From: Candidatus Babeliales bacterium
GTDB lineage: Bacteria > Babelota > Babeliae > Babelales > JBFXEV01
Assembly (NCBI GenBank): GCA_050179755.1
Contig: JBFXEV010000001.1
Span: 969,994 to 1,033,993, forward strand
DNA length: 64,000 bases
Direction: 5' to 3'
Shown: positions 1 to 10,214 of the stretch, in pieces
Layout: every line of letters starts with the position of its first letter
How positions within the stretch are numbered: position 1 is the stretch's first letter
Made by a program: the position numbers and the translations under genes
Notes under the pieces: model-generated
Told to the model about the DNA's origin: nothing
What the model saw: the letters and a program-made list of their open reading frames with translations, nothing else
Database searches by the model: none

Positions 1-246
1 TCAGTAAAGAGTGCAATTCCTGGTGCAACAGTAAAAAAAGGTGACGTAATTGATGCGGTTGTTGTTCGTACGGCTAAAGAATATCGACGTCCGGATGGCA
101 CCTATATTCGTTTTGATGAAAATGCTGCGGTAATCTTAGCAAAAGAAAACGAGCCAGTGGGCACACGTATTTTTGGACCAATTGCCCGTGAACTTAAAGA
201 TCTTGGCTATTCGACTATCGTTTCGCGTGCGCCGGAAGTGTTATAA
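1..246 (+). CDS. rplN: 50S ribosomal protein L14 (5'-truncated by window edge)
   Basis: Frame 1 translates to ...[26 protein letters not shown]...[12 protein letters not shown]...APEVL*; precedes rplX. Confidence 0.98.
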   Translation, partial: SVKSAIPGATVKKGDVIDAVVVRTAKEYRRPDGTYIRFDENAAVILAKENEPVGTRIFGPIARELKDLGYSTIVSRAPEVL

Positions 247-255
247 AGGAAAATT

Positions 256-567
256 ATGGTTTCAATCAAGAAAAATGATACCGTCCAAGTAATTTCTGGT
301 AAAGATGCTGGAAAACAGGGAACTATCCTTGCCATTTCACGCAAAAAAGGTAAAGTATTGGTTAAGGGAGTTGCCCTTGCCACAAAGCATGCTAAACCTA
401 GAAGACAAGGTGAAATTGGCAGCATTAAGGTTCGAGAAAGTTTTATAGATATATCAAAAGTACAACCGGTGTGTAATTCGTGCAGCAAGCCAACTCGTAT
501 TGGCACAAAAACCGTAGAAGGTGGAAAGTCAGCACGCGTATGTATCCGTTGTGAGGAACTGCTGTAA
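256..567 (+). CDS. rplX: 50S ribosomal protein L24
   Basis: KOW motif IKKNDTVQVISGKDAGKQG; spc operon order. Confidence 0.97.
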   Translation: MVSIKKNDTVQVISGKDAGKQGTILAISRKKGKVLVKGVALATKHAKPRRQGEIGSIKVRESFIDISKVQPVCNSCSKPTRIGTKTVEGGKSARVCIRCEELL

Positions 568-590
568 CGGTAGGATAAGGATTACAAGAG

Positions 591-1136
591 ATGGCAAAAG
601 CTCGTTTAGAAGAATTATATACAAAATCCATTCGCCCCTCGCTTCAAAAAAAGCTGGGTAAAAAAAATATTATGCAAGTACCAAAACTTGATAAAATTGT
701 GGTGAATATTGGAGTAAAAGAAGCGGTGAGTGATTCACGTATTTTACAAAAAGTTGTAGATACGGTGCAACGTATTACAGGGCAATTGCCAGTTAAAACA
801 GTTGCAAAGAAATCTATCGCAGGTTTTAAACTACGCGAAGGTATGCCTCTTGGTGTTAAAGTAACCTTACGACGTCAAAAAATGTATGAGTTTTTAGATA
901 AAACCGTCAATTTGGCGTTACCTAAAGTGCGTGACTTCCAAGGTGTTGGCACAAAACTCGATGGTCGCGGTAATTATAATCTTGGTATCAAAGAGTGGAG
1001 TGTATTCCCAGAAGCTGATACCACTAATCAGGAACTCGTATTGGGTATGAATATTACCTTTCATATGAATGCAGCTTCTGATCAAGATGGACGAGCATTA
1101 CTTGAGGCATTTGGTATGCCTTTTAAGAAATCGTAA
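591..1136 (+). CDS. rplE: 50S ribosomal protein L5
   Basis: [35 protein letters not shown] motifs. Confidence 0.98.
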   Translation: MAKARLEELYTKSIRPSLQKKLGKKNIMQVPKLDKIVVNIGVKEAVSDSRILQKVVDTVQRITGQLPVKTVAKKSIAGFKLREGMPLGVKVTLRRQKMYEFLDKTVNLALPKVRDFQGVGTKLDGRGNYNLGIKEWSVFPEADTTNQELVLGMNITFHMNAASDQDGRALLEAFGMPFKKS

Positions 1137-1155
1137 GGATATAAAGGCAAACGAA

Positions 1156-1341
1156 ATGGCCAAAAAAGCATTAATTGAAAAAGCTAAATTAGAACCAAAG
1201 TTCTCCACACGTGGCTACAATCGTTGCCAATTGTGTGGTAGACCTCGTGCATTTATGCGTATGTTTAAAATGTGTCGTATGTGTTTCCGTAAACATGCGC
1301 TGGAAGGTCAACTTCCAGGGGTCAAAAAGACTAGTTGGTAG
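1156..1341 (+). CDS. rpsN: 30S ribosomal protein S14, short zinc-binding type (61 aa)
   Basis: Start moved to ATG 1156: MAKKALIEK...RCQLCGRPR...CRMCFR...LPGVKKTSW. Confidence 0.97.
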   Translation: MAKKALIEKAKLEPKFSTRGYNRCQLCGRPRAFMRMFKMCRMCFRKHALEGQLPGVKKTSW

Positions 1342-1350
1342 GAGAATATT

Positions 1351-1746
1351 GTGTCTATAGACGTTATTGGAAATTTTTTAACTACTATTCGTAATGGTTT
1401 AATGCGGTCACAACCGCATGTAGTAGTGCCGTATTCCCGCCATCTTTTTGAAATTGCGGGTGTTTTAGAGCAAGAAGGTTTTATCAAAGGGATAACCGTT
1501 GATGAATCTGATGCTGTAAAGAAAACGATGAAAATTGTTTTAAAATATGTTGATGGTCAATCGGTTATACACGAACTTACGCGTACAAGTAAGCCGGGTC
1601 GCCGTGTCTATCAAAAAACTACAAAGCTTGCTCCAGTTATTGGCAATCTTGGCGTGTCTATCCTTTCTACAAGTAAAGGTATTATGACAAATAAAAAAGC
1701 CAAAGAATTGCGTGCTGGTGGCGAAGTTCTTTGCACAGTATGGTAA
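1351..1746 (+). CDS. rpsH: 30S ribosomal protein S8
   Basis: LTTIRNG, SKPGRRVY, STSKGIMT...GGEVLC. Confidence 0.97.
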   Translation: MSIDVIGNFLTTIRNGLMRSQPHVVVPYSRHLFEIAGVLEQEGFIKGITVDESDAVKKTMKIVLKYVDGQSVIHELTRTSKPGRRVYQKTTKLAPVIGNLGVSILSTSKGIMTNKKAKELRAGGEVLCTVW

Positions 1747-1755
1747 GGGAACAGA

Positions 1756-2298
1756 ATGTCAAAGATTGGTAGACGGCCGATAGGCGTTAAAGACGTCCAA
1801 ATCACCATCGATGGTCAAAATGTATCTTACAAAGGTAAGCTAGATACGGGTACGTATATGTTACCTGCGGGTTTATCAGCGGAACTTTTGGATGGTGACA
1901 AGATTAAATTAAATTGCTCGCTTGATCCAAAAGAAGGCAACCGTATCTGGGGATTACACCGTGCATTGCTTGCCAACAGACTTATTGGTGCATCAACAGG
2001 TTTTGTGCAAGATGTAAAAATTGTGGGATTAGGGTTTAAAGGCGTACTCAAAGGCAAATCTGTTGATTTTTCTTTAGGATATAGTCACAAAATTGACTTT
2101 GAAATTCCTAAAGGTATTGCTATTGAAATTGATAAAACTGGTCAAATACTTACCGTTAAAGGTAGTAACAAAGAACTGGTTGGTTCAGTGTGCGCGGAAA
2201 TACGCGAAATGCGACCACCGGAACCTTATAAGGGTACTGGTGTGCGTGTTGGCGATGAAGTGATCTTGCGTAAAGCTGGAAAAACTAAATCTTCATAG
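1756..2298 (+). CDS. rplF: 50S ribosomal protein L6
   Basis: MSKIGRRPI, LGYSH, RPPEPYKGTG. Confidence 0.97.
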   Translation: MSKIGRRPIGVKDVQITIDGQNVSYKGKLDTGTYMLPAGLSAELLDGDKIKLNCSLDPKEGNRIWGLHRALLANRLIGASTGFVQDVKIVGLGFKGVLKGKSVDFSLGYSHKIDFEIPKGIAIEIDKTGQILTVKGSNKELVGSVCAEIREMRPPEPYKGTGVRVGDEVILRKAGKTKSS

Positions 2299-2323
2299 AT
2301 TATAAGCACAATAAGGAATTAAC

Positions 2324-2677
2324 GTGTCGGTTAGAAGTAAATTAAATCTGCAACGTAAAAAACGTTCAGTGCGTGTAAGAGCTAAGCTCAGCAAGGGCTC
2401 ATTGCCACGAGTGTCTGTGTTTAGAAGTCTTAAGCATATGTATGCTCAAGTTATTGATGATTCAACAAGTACTACCATTGCCCATGCGTCAACGCAAACA
2501 CTTGAAAATCTCTCTGGAGATAAAAAAGATTTCGCAAAAGCGGTGGGTGTTGAACTTGCAAAACAAGCCCGTGCAAAAGGTATTGAGCGTGTAAGCTTTG
2601 ATCGCGGTGCGTATCGCTACCATGGTCGTGTTGCCGCACTTGCTCTTGGGTTACGCGAAGGTGGCCTTGAGGTCTAA
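2324..2677 (+). CDS. rplR: 50S ribosomal protein L18
   Basis: PRVSVFRSLKHMYAQVIDD, FDRGAYRYHGRV. Confidence 0.97.
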   Translation: MSVRSKLNLQRKKRSVRVRAKLSKGSLPRVSVFRSLKHMYAQVIDDSTSTTIAHASTQTLENLSGDKKDFAKAVGVELAKQARAKGIERVSFDRGAYRYHGRVAALALGLREGGLEV

Positions 2678-2702
2678 TTGCTTGAATATGACAGGAATGT
2701 AA

Positions 2703-3224
2703 ATGTCTGAAAAAAGAAACGAAAAAGAATTTGTAGATTTTGTCGTGAGCGTAAAGCGAGTGACTAAAGTTACCAAAGGTGGTAAAAGGTTTTCCTTTTC
2801 AGCTTTTGTAGTGAGTGGTGATAAACAAGGTAGCATAGGTATGGCGCTTGGTAAAAGTAAAGATGTTTCATCTGCTATTGCCAAAGCTACGCTGAGAGCT
2901 CGTAAAGGATTAATTAAAGTTCCTTTACGTAATACCACAATTGCCTATAATGTTGAAGGCCGTCATGGCGCAAGCCGTGTGGTTATTCGCTCAGCATATA
3001 AAGGTACTGGTGTAATTGCTGGTGGTGCTGTTCGATCGATTATGAATGCGCTTGGCGTGCAAGACGTTTTGACCAAATCGCTTGGCTCAAAAGCGTGCAA
3101 GCAAAACGTAGTTAAAGCAACGCTCAATGCTCTTGCTAAATTACGTACCTTGGGTGATATTGCTCACTTACGTGGCAAAACTACTGAAGAAATTATAAAG
3201 GGATGTCATGGCACAGCTCAATAA
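2703..3224 (+). CDS. rpsE: 30S ribosomal protein S5
   Basis: RVTKVTKGGKRFSFSA, GTGVIAGG. Confidence 0.97.
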   Translation: MSEKRNEKEFVDFVVSVKRVTKVTKGGKRFSFSAFVVSGDKQGSIGMALGKSKDVSSAIAKATLRARKGLIKVPLRNTTIAYNVEGRHGASRVVIRSAYKGTGVIAGGAVRSIMNALGVQDVLTKSLGSKACKQNVVKATLNALAKLRTLGDIAHLRGKTTEEIIKGCHGTAQ

Positions 3225-3654
3225 CTTACCAGGATTATGCAAAAAACGTAAACGCGTTGGCCGTGGCGGTGCTCGAGGCGGAAGTTCAGGTAGGGGAACT
3301 AAAGGGCAACGTGCGCGCTCAGGCGGTAAACGTGGTCTGATTGGTTTTGAAGGCGGACAAATGCCGTTATCTCGCCGATTACCAAAACGTGGCTTTAGCA
3401 ATACTCGTTTTGCAACAAAAGTTCAAATTGTGAACCTGGAAACACTTGAACGAGTGTTTAATGAGGGTGACGTAGTTTCTCAAGAAACATTGCGCGCAAA
3501 AGGCCTTGTAAAAGGTCAAGATCGTGTGCAAGTTAAAATTTTGGGTACGGGTCAAATTACAAAAAAGCTTATTATTACTGCTGATGCTGTAAGTGGATCA
3601 GCTCGTGCAGCAATTGAGCAATCAGGTGGTCAACTTCACTTAACTAAGGAGTAG
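3208..3654 (+). CDS. rplO: 50S ribosomal protein L15
   Basis: RVGRG...GRGTKGQRARSG, GFEGGQMPLSRRLPKRGF. Confidence 0.97.
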   Translation: MAQLNNLPGLCKKRKRVGRGGARGGSSGRGTKGQRARSGGKRGLIGFEGGQMPLSRRLPKRGFSNTRFATKVQIVNLETLERVFNEGDVVSQETLRAKGLVKGQDRVQVKILGTGQITKKLIITADAVSGSARAAIEQSGGQLHLTKE

Positions 3655-3659
3655 AAGCA

Positions 3660-5009
3660 GTGGTTCTGTTGCGTAGTCTTAAAAACATTTTCTCTATTCC
3701 AGAGTTAACACGTAAAATACTCTTTACGTTAGGTGTCTTAATTGTATTTCGTCTTGGATCGAATATTCCAGTACTTGGAGTAGACGTAGAGGCGCTTGCT
3801 GAACTCATGAAACGAACCACCACACTAGGTGGTCTTTTAAAGTATCTTGATATTTTCTCAGGGGGATCGCTTGATAAAAGTACTATTTTTGCGCTAGGTA
3901 TTTCGCCGTATATTACGTCATCAATTATGATGCAGATGCTGAGCATGACCGTACCTACTTTTGAGGCGTTGGCCAAAGAAGGCGAATATGGTCGCAAGAT
4001 CATTAATCAGTATACGCGCTATCTGACTCTTGGTTTAAGTATAATGTATAGCTTTGCATACGCATTATTCCTTGAAAACCAAGGATTTGCATTAACGCCA
4101 GGCTGGGGATTCCGCATACCATTCATTTTAACATTAACCGTGGGCGCACTGTTTGTTATGTGGCTTGGTGAGCAGATTTCACTTTTTGGTCTTGGTAACG
4201 GTAGTTCAATGCTTATCTTTGCGGGTATTGTTTCACGGTTTCCTGAAAGTTTTATTAGAATTTGGACAGCAGTGTTTGATACACATAGTTTGCCAGGTTG
4301 GCAGGCATGGTTATTGCTTGCTATCATGATAGTGATCATTGCTTTGATCATTTATGTAGAAAAGGGTGAACGTAAAATTCCGGTGCAATACGCGCGGCGA
4401 GTAGTTGGTCAACGTGTGTATGGGGGTCAAAGTACCTATATACCATTTAAGATCAATACGTCTGGTGTGATGCCGGTAATTTTTGCTGGAGCTATGCTTA
4501 ATATTCCTATGGTTATTAGCACGTTGCTTTCTTATAAGTTTGAGTTTTTCAAGCGAGTTGCTACTGAATGGTTTAATCGAACGGGTGCTCTATTTAATGT
4601 TACTGAATTTCTACTTATTATTGGGTTTTCATTCTTTTATACGGCATTGATTTTCAATCCTGAAGAATTGGCTGAAAACATTAAGAAAAGTGGTGGTTTT
4701 ATTCCTGGTATTCGGCCAGGTAAACGTACTGCTGAATTCTTTAACTATATTTTGACTCGTGTAGGCCTTGTGGGTGCAATATATTTGGCTTGTCTTGCAA
4801 TAGCGCCAAATATAATAAGCGCTATCATGGGTTTGCAAAGTAAGCTTCAGGATGGTAGTGCTCAAGCATTATTGGGTGGCACATCGCTTTTGATTGTAGT
4901 TGGGGTGGCTTTAGAAATAGCTTCTCAAGTAGAGTCATATTTGATTGAGCACAGGTATGAAGGCTTTCTCAGTTCGGGTAGAATAAAGAATAACCCTCGA
5001 AAAATCTAG
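3660..5009 (+). CDS. secY: Preprotein translocase subunit SecY
   Basis: SIFALGISPYITSSI-type motif, GLGNGSS, FIPGIRPG, GGTSLLIVVGV; multi-TM. Confidence 0.98.
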   Translation: MVLLRSLKNIFSIPELTRKILFTLGVLIVFRLGSNIPVLGVDVEALAELMKRTTTLGGLLKYLDIFSGGSLDKSTIFALGISPYITSSIMMQMLSMTVPTFEALAKEGEYGRKIINQYTRYLTLGLSIMYSFAYALFLENQGFALTPGWGFRIPFILTLTVGALFVMWLGEQISLFGLGNGSSMLIFAGIVSRFPESFIRIWTAVFDTHSLPGWQAWLLLAIMIVIIALIIYVEKGERKIPVQYARRVVGQRVYGGQSTYIPFKINTSGVMPVIFAGAMLNIPMVISTLLSYKFEFFKRVATEWFNRTGALFNVTEFLLIIGFSFFYTALIFNPEELAENIKKSGGFIPGIRPGKRTAEFFNYILTRVGLVGAIYLACLAIAPNIISAIMGLQSKLQDGSAQALLGGTSLLIVVGVALEIASQVESYLIEHRYEGFLSSGRIKNNPRKI

Positions 5010-5018
5010 ACGCTCACA

Positions 5019-5705
5019 ATGCAACACTCTATATTTGTATTTATTGGGCCGCCAGGTTCGGGTAAGGGATCTCTTTCTCAGATGTGTGTAGAAACGCTTG
5101 GGTGGAAGCAACTTTCCACCGGGGCGCTCTGCCGAAAGCATATTGCAGAAGGCACTTTGGTAGGCAAGCAGATAGATTTAGCTATAAAATCTGGTAAACT
5201 TATTGATGACAACCTTGTCCTTGATATGGTCAGTCAGTGGCTTAATTCATTGGGGGGTGGGCAGGAAAATATCATTCTTGATGGTTTTCCGCGCACACGG
5301 CCTCAGGCTTTAGCTCTTATGAATTTGCTTAATGAACAGTTTAAAGAGTGTAACCTAAAAGTTATAGAATTCTTTATTTCTGATGAAGAAGCTGCCAGAA
5401 GACTTGCTGCTCGTTACGTATGCACTGATAAAAAGTGCGAAGCCATTTATTCAGAGCGTTCAAGTGAGCTTGCTCCACTGAATAATAAGGCTTGCGATCG
5501 TTGCGGTAATGCTTTAGAGCGGCGTTCTGATGATCAACCGGATACAGTAAAGCAGCGATTGGCAACATATCATAAACATGCCGATCCGCTTCTTGCTTTT
5601 TATCGGGAGGCAGGGCAACCAATAGTGAGAGTAGATGTAGAAAAGCCGCTTGAAGCGGTATATAAAGAGTTTTTAGCGCTAGTAACTAAAGATAAGCTAA
5701 ACTGA
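5019..5705 (+). CDS. adk: Adenylate kinase (Cys-containing LID)
   Basis: GPPGSGKGS P-loop, ILDGFPRT, RSDD. Confidence 0.96.
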   Translation: MQHSIFVFIGPPGSGKGSLSQMCVETLGWKQLSTGALCRKHIAEGTLVGKQIDLAIKSGKLIDDNLVLDMVSQWLNSLGGGQENIILDGFPRTRPQALALMNLLNEQFKECNLKVIEFFISDEEAARRLAARYVCTDKKCEAIYSERSSELAPLNNKACDRCGNALERRSDDQPDTVKQRLATYHKHADPLLAFYREAGQPIVRVDVEKPLEAVYKEFLALVTKDKLN

Positions 5706-6469
5706 TGATAACTATTAAAAATAAGGCATCCATTGCAAAAATGCATACCGCAGGTCAACTGCTGTCTGGCATAATGCATGATGTTTCTACTAGTTTGATT
5801 CGGCCGGGTGTGAGCACAGCGCAGATAGATGCATTTATAGCTGAGTCTCTTAAAAAGCATGAACTTGTTTCTTGCACAAAAGGGTACCACGGCTATAAGC
5901 ACGTATGCTGCGTTTCAGTTAATGACGAAGTGGTACATGGTGTTCCCTCAGATACTACCGTGCTCAAAGCAGGTGACTTAGTGAAAGTGGATATTTGTGC
6001 ATCATACAAGGGATATTGCGCAGATATGGCGCGGTGTTTTGTGGTAGGAAAGCCTACTGATGCGCAAGCAAAATTGGTTCGAGTTGCACAGCAAGCCCTT
6101 GATAAAGGTATTGAACAAGCACGAGCAGGAAATCGATTAACCGATATTTCTGCTGCTATTCAAGCCGAAGTGGAACAGCATGGTTACGGCGTAGTTCGTG
6201 ATTTTGCAGGTCACGGCATAGGTAAGCAAATGCATGAAGAGCCAGAGATTTTAAATTATGGCAAACCTGGTCGTGGACCAGTATTGCGTGTTGGTATGTC
6301 ATTTGCTATTGAGCCAATGATTACTGATGGAAAATTTGATGTATATGTGACCAAGGATGGTTGGACGGTAAAAACTGTTGATAAAAGTTTGGCAGCACAC
6401 GTAGAAGACACTATTGTCATTACCGAAGATGGGCCAGAGATATTAACAAGAAACGTGGAACATCGATAA
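5705..6469 (+). CDS. map: Methionine aminopeptidase type I
   Basis: [34 protein letters not shown]. Confidence 0.97.
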   Translation: MITIKNKASIAKMHTAGQLLSGIMHDVSTSLIRPGVSTAQIDAFIAESLKKHELVSCTKGYHGYKHVCCVSVNDEVVHGVPSDTTVLKAGDLVKVDICASYKGYCADMARCFVVGKPTDAQAKLVRVAQQALDKGIEQARAGNRLTDISAAIQAEVEQHGYGVVRDFAGHGIGKQMHEEPEILNYGKPGRGPVLRVGMSFAIEPMITDGKFDVYVTKDGWTVKTVDKSLAAHVEDTIVITEDGPEILTRNVEHR

Positions 6470-6477
6470 AGGTGAGC

Positions 6478-6741
6478 ATGAAAAGCAAAAAAGATGACGT
6501 TATTCGTGTAGAAGGTGTTGTTAAAGAAACATTGCCAAATGCTATGTTTAAAGTTGAAATTGAAGGTGGCCATACGGTTTTAGGGCATGTTTCAGGTAAA
6601 ATGCGTATGCATTTTATTAGAATATTGCCTGGTGACAAAGTGGCGATCGAGTTATCACCGTACGATTTAACCCGTGGGCGCATAGTTCTTCGTCATAAAG
6701 GGGAAGTGCCTCCAGCAGGTAATTCTTCGCGAAACCAGTAA
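6478..6741 (+). CDS. infA: Translation initiation factor IF-1
   Basis: [36 protein letters not shown]; short C-terminal extension; in-frame GTG at 6472 is an alternative start. Confidence 0.97.
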   Translation: MKSKKDDVIRVEGVVKETLPNAMFKVEIEGGHTVLGHVSGKMRMHFIRILPGDKVAIELSPYDLTRGRIVLRHKGEVPPAGNSSRNQ

Positions 6742-6759
6742 ACAGCTTGAAAGATTATT

Positions 6760-6876
6760 ATGAAGGTAAGAACATCAGTAAAATTAATGTGTATAAGTTG
6801 TCGTATTGTGCGTAGAAACAGAGTTGTTCGCGTTATTTGTGAACGCACTCCAAAGCATAAGCAACGACAAGGCTAA
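6760..6876 (+). CDS. rpmJ: 50S ribosomal protein L36 (38 aa, absent from ORF track)
   Basis: Manual translation [38 protein letters not shown]. Confidence 0.96.
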   Translation: MKVRTSVKLMCISCRIVRRNRVVRVICERTPKHKQRQG

Positions 6877-6905
6877 AAATTAATAAGTTGGGATAAAGGA
6901 ACTTT

Positions 6906-7295
6906 ATGGCACGAATTTCTGGGGTTAATTTGCCAGCTAACAAACGCGTTGAATATGGTTTAACGTATGTGTATGGTATTGGCCTAAAAACTTCACGTGA
7001 TATTTTAAATGCGACAAAAATTAATTTTGATACGCGCGTAAAAGATTTAACTGACCAAGAAGTTTCCGCAATTCAAAATGAAGTAACTAAAGGTTACATG
7101 ACCGAAGGTGATTTGCGTAAACGCATCACTAATGATTTGCGGCGCTTAATGGAAATTGGCTCATACCGTGGCTCACGTCATAAACGTGGTTTGCCAGCAC
7201 GTGGCCAGCGTACAAAAACTAATGCTCGTACGCGCAAAGGTCCACGCAAACAAGGTGGCCAAATTGCATTGAAGAGTAAAGTTACAAAGAAATAA
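6906..7295 (+). CDS. rpsM: 30S ribosomal protein S13
   Basis: [16 protein letters not shown]...[14 protein letters not shown]. Confidence 0.98.
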   Translation: MARISGVNLPANKRVEYGLTYVYGIGLKTSRDILNATKINFDTRVKDLTDQEVSAIQNEVTKGYMTEGDLRKRITNDLRRLMEIGSYRGSRHKRGLPARGQRTKTNARTRKGPRKQGGQIALKSKVTKK

Positions 7296-7321
7296 TTAAT
7301 TAACTAGGTGTAAGTGATACG

Positions 7322-7705
7322 ATGACGTATAAACGGAAATCCAAAAAAACGAAACGACAAGTAGATTCTGCTGTCGCACACGTGAGATCTTCTTTTAATA
7401 ATACCATAGTAACCATTTCTACTCGTGATGGCGAAGTATTGTTATCATGTAGTTCCGGTAAACTTGGCTATAAAGGTTCACGAAAAAGCACGCCGTTTGC
7501 AGCAACGCAAATTGGTTCTACGCTTGCAAAAGATATGCAAGCTATCGGTGTAAAGGATGTAGAAGTGAATTTGCAGGGGCCAGGATCAGGGCGAGATTCA
7601 GTGGTTCGAGCTATTCAAGCATCCGGAATTCGCGTTTCCGTTTTGCGTGATGTAACACCACTTCCACATAACGGCTGTCGTCCGCCAAAAAAACGCCGTG
7701 TATAG
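7322..7705 (+). CDS. rpsK: 30S ribosomal protein S11
   Basis: [34 protein letters not shown]. Confidence 0.98.
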   Translation: MTYKRKSKKTKRQVDSAVAHVRSSFNNTIVTISTRDGEVLLSCSSGKLGYKGSRKSTPFAATQIGSTLAKDMQAIGVKDVEVNLQGPGSGRDSVVRAIQASGIRVSVLRDVTPLPHNGCRPPKKRRV

Positions 7706-7717
7706 AGGGTATAACCT

Positions 7718-8365
7718 ATGAATAATCAAGAAACAACACAACGTGACGGCAAGAAGTCTGAAAATCGTTATGGTCAAAACCGTGGTGGTGGTAAACCTGG
7801 CGCTGGACGCCCTGGTGCAAAAGGTTCAGACGACCAAAAGCCAGATGAAAAAGATAAACAACGCCGAGCACGTAAAGTGTCGGAATATGGTAAACAGCTT
7901 GAAGAAAAACAAAAAGTTAAACATTCATACGGTATGCGTGAAAAACAGTTCCGTAGATTTTTTGACTTAGCGTTTAGATCAGAAGCTGCAACAGGTGAAA
8001 AGCTATTAAGTTTGCTCGAGCGCCGCATTGATAACGTGTTATATCGTTTAAAATTTGCAGTAACACGTGCTCAAGCGCGTCAAGTTATTGTGCATGGGCA
8101 TGTTGCAATTAATGGCAGAAGAGTGTCATCTCCTTCCGCACTTGTTGGCGTGGGTGATACTATATCCTTCTTACCTCAAGTTGGTAAAAAACAGGCATTT
8201 GTAGAGCAAGTAATTGAAAAGCGCCTTAATATTGGTATTAAAGTCCCTGAGTGGCTTGAGTTGAATAAAGACGCACGCACTGGCAAAGTATTACGCGAGC
8301 CAGTACGTACTGATATTCAAAATCCAATTGAAGAGCATTTAATTGTTGAATTATATTCTAAGTAA
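7718..8365 (+). CDS. rpsD: 30S ribosomal protein S4 (atypical N-terminus)
   Basis: SEYGKQLEEKQK, LERRIDNVLYR, ARQVIVHGH, LIVELYSK. Confidence 0.96.
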   Translation: MNNQETTQRDGKKSENRYGQNRGGGKPGAGRPGAKGSDDQKPDEKDKQRRARKVSEYGKQLEEKQKVKHSYGMREKQFRRFFDLAFRSEAATGEKLLSLLERRIDNVLYRLKFAVTRAQARQVIVHGHVAINGRRVSSPSALVGVGDTISFLPQVGKKQAFVEQVIEKRLNIGIKVPEWLELNKDARTGKVLREPVRTDIQNPIEEHLIVELYSK

Positions 8366-8411
8366 TTTCAACGCATTGCAATATGCGTGAATTGAGATAT
8401 TGAGGAACTTT

Positions 8412-9458
8412 ATGGACACTAGGGAGTACAGACCGCTTACCATCCCAAATTTACAGTGGGATAACAAAACATTAACTGAATCATTTGGTCAGTTAATTGC
8501 CCAACCGCTTGAGCCCGGCTTCGGGATCACGCTTGGTAATGCCATTAGACGTATTTTGTTAGGTGGTATTGAAGGGTCAGCGGTGACCTCCGTCATAATC
8601 AAGGGGGTTAATAACGAATTTTCACCTTTACCGGGTGTTGTTGAAGATACTATGCAAGTAGTGCTCAATATAAAAGATATCGTTGTTCGCAATAAAACAG
8701 GCAAACCAGGCACTATGCGTGTGGTTGCAAAGGGTGAGAAGACCGTTCGCGTAAAAGACATTGAAGCGGATGAACATCTTGAGTTGATTAATAAAGAGCA
8801 TATTATTGCTCATGTGGCTCCTGGTGGATCACTTGATATTGAATTTTTTGTTGAAGCTGGGCGTGGGTATCAATCAGCGCAATGGCCAGAAGGCAAATTA
8901 TTGCAACCAGATGATCGTATGTACCTTGATGCTATGTTTGCACCGGTGCGTAAAGTAACCTTTGATGTTGAAAAAACACGTGTTGGTGAAAATATTGATT
9001 ATGATAAATTAATACTCAGTATTCATACTGATGCATCTGAAACACCAGTTGAAGTGTTGCATTATGCCGTTTCAGTACTTAGAACGCAATTGCAAAATTT
9101 TCTAAAAGATACAGAAATACCGTTTAATGATATATCTAAGGTTCCTCAAAATGAAGAACTGGAAGAGTTGCCATATCATGTGCCAGAGTTGACTATTAAA
9201 GGCATTCCTGTGAGTGTTCTAGTCAAACCAATTGAAGAGCTTGATCTTTCAGTGCGTGCACATAACTGTCTTCTTAATGAAGGTATTAAACGTGTGTTGG
9301 ACTTGGTAAATTTGAGTGAAGACCAAGTAATTAAAATGAAGAATTTTGGACGAAAATCGCTCAATGAAGTTAAAGAAGCACTTAAGGTTCATGGTCTTGC
9401 TCTTGGGCTTGATATTCCTGAATCTGAGTTGCGTCAACTCATTAAAAGCAATCAGTAG
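8412..9458 (+). CDS. rpoA: RNA polymerase alpha subunit
   Basis: PLEPGFGITLGNAIRRILL; CTD LSVRAHNCL...KNFGRKSLNEV; ATG 8412 follows GAGG. Confidence 0.98.
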   Translation: MDTREYRPLTIPNLQWDNKTLTESFGQLIAQPLEPGFGITLGNAIRRILLGGIEGSAVTSVIIKGVNNEFSPLPGVVEDTMQVVLNIKDIVVRNKTGKPGTMRVVAKGEKTVRVKDIEADEHLELINKEHIIAHVAPGGSLDIEFFVEAGRGYQSAQWPEGKLLQPDDRMYLDAMFAPVRKVTFDVEKTRVGENIDYDKLILSIHTDASETPVEVLHYAVSVLRTQLQNFLKDTEIPFNDISKVPQNEELEELPYHVPELTIKGIPVSVLVKPIEELDLSVRAHNCLLNEGIKRVLDLVNLSEDQVIKMKNFGRKSLNEVKEALKVHGLALGLDIPESELRQLIKSNQ

Positions 9459-9474
9459 TTCTTAAAGGTGCCGC

Positions 9475-9831
9475 ATGAAACATCAAATTGATAGAAGTAA
9501 ATTAAATTTAAAAGCGCCTCACCGCAGAGCTATGCTTCGTAACCAAGTGATTCATCTTATTGAGAATGGTCATTTGATAACTACAAAAGCTCGTATCAAA
9601 GAAGTGCGTCGCATGGCAGAAAAATTGGTTACTTTGGCTCGCCAAGGGAATACGTTCAGCGTTCGCCGCAAAGCTAAGATGGTATTGCCATACAAAGATA
9701 CAGCGCTTGATAAGTTGTTCAAAGAAATTGCTCCGCAATACACTGAACGACCAGGTGGGTATACAAGAATTATTCCTCTTGGCAAGCGTGTGAGCGATAC
9801 TGCGACAATCGCAAGATTGGAATGGGTGTAA
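9475..9831 (+). CDS. rplQ: 50S ribosomal protein L17
   Basis: HRRAMLRN, AEKLVTLA, RPGGYTRI. Confidence 0.97.
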   Translation: MKHQIDRSKLNLKAPHRRAMLRNQVIHLIENGHLITTKARIKEVRRMAEKLVTLARQGNTFSVRRKAKMVLPYKDTALDKLFKEIAPQYTERPGGYTRIIPLGKRVSDTATIARLEWV

Positions 9832-9856
9832 AATAACCTGCATATCGACGCAGCAG

Positions 9857-9883
9857 CCCGGCGTAGCTTTTAGCGAAGACGGG
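9857..9883. repeat. Short palindromic repeat, family A
   Basis: cccggcgtagcttttagcgaagacggg; shares the GTAGCTTTAGCGAAG core with the copy at 21089-21116. Confidence 0.65.
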
Positions 9884-9917
9884 AGCGTTTTTAAGCCGGT
9901 TATTAAGATTAAAAATT

Positions 9918-9973
9918 TAGGCATTTAGAGATTTCCTGTAGTGAGGGTTTTCTCTAGGTGCCTATTTTTTTTT
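9918..9973 (+). terminator. Intrinsic terminator of the ribosomal protein operon
   Basis: taggcatttagaga...tctctaggtgccta stem followed by a T run. Confidence 0.75.
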
Positions 9974-10108
9974 GGTCTTTTCGTTTAAATATCTGGGCAG
10001 CAGGTTCGCCAACCTGAAGCAATGCTCTTATTAAAAATTGGACCAAATACCAATAAAAGAGTATTACCCCCCCCCGGCCCCTGTTAATAATACACATAGA
10101 AATTATTC

Positions 10109-10136
10109 TTGACAAAAATAACCCGATCTATAAACT
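10109..10136 (+). promoter_or_regulatory. Sigma70-type promoter for the secreted-protein cluster
   Basis: TTGACA-N16-TAAACT about 80 nt upstream of ATG 10215. Confidence 0.55.
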
Positions 10137-10214
10137 AATATTATACAGTTACGCAAAGCTGGTCTTTCCCTGTAAGACGGGGTAAAAGACTACAAACTGG
10201 GAGGTTACAAAACT

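Noticed and set aside
10067..10081. Poly-C tract upstream of the promoter as a phase-variation switch
   Set aside because: It lies outside the -35/-10 spacer and there is no evidence of length variation
10146..10200. ACGCAAAGC resembles the c-di-GMP-I riboswitch core
   Set aside because: The upstream GGCAAAC...GAAA hairpin and the P2 consensus are absent
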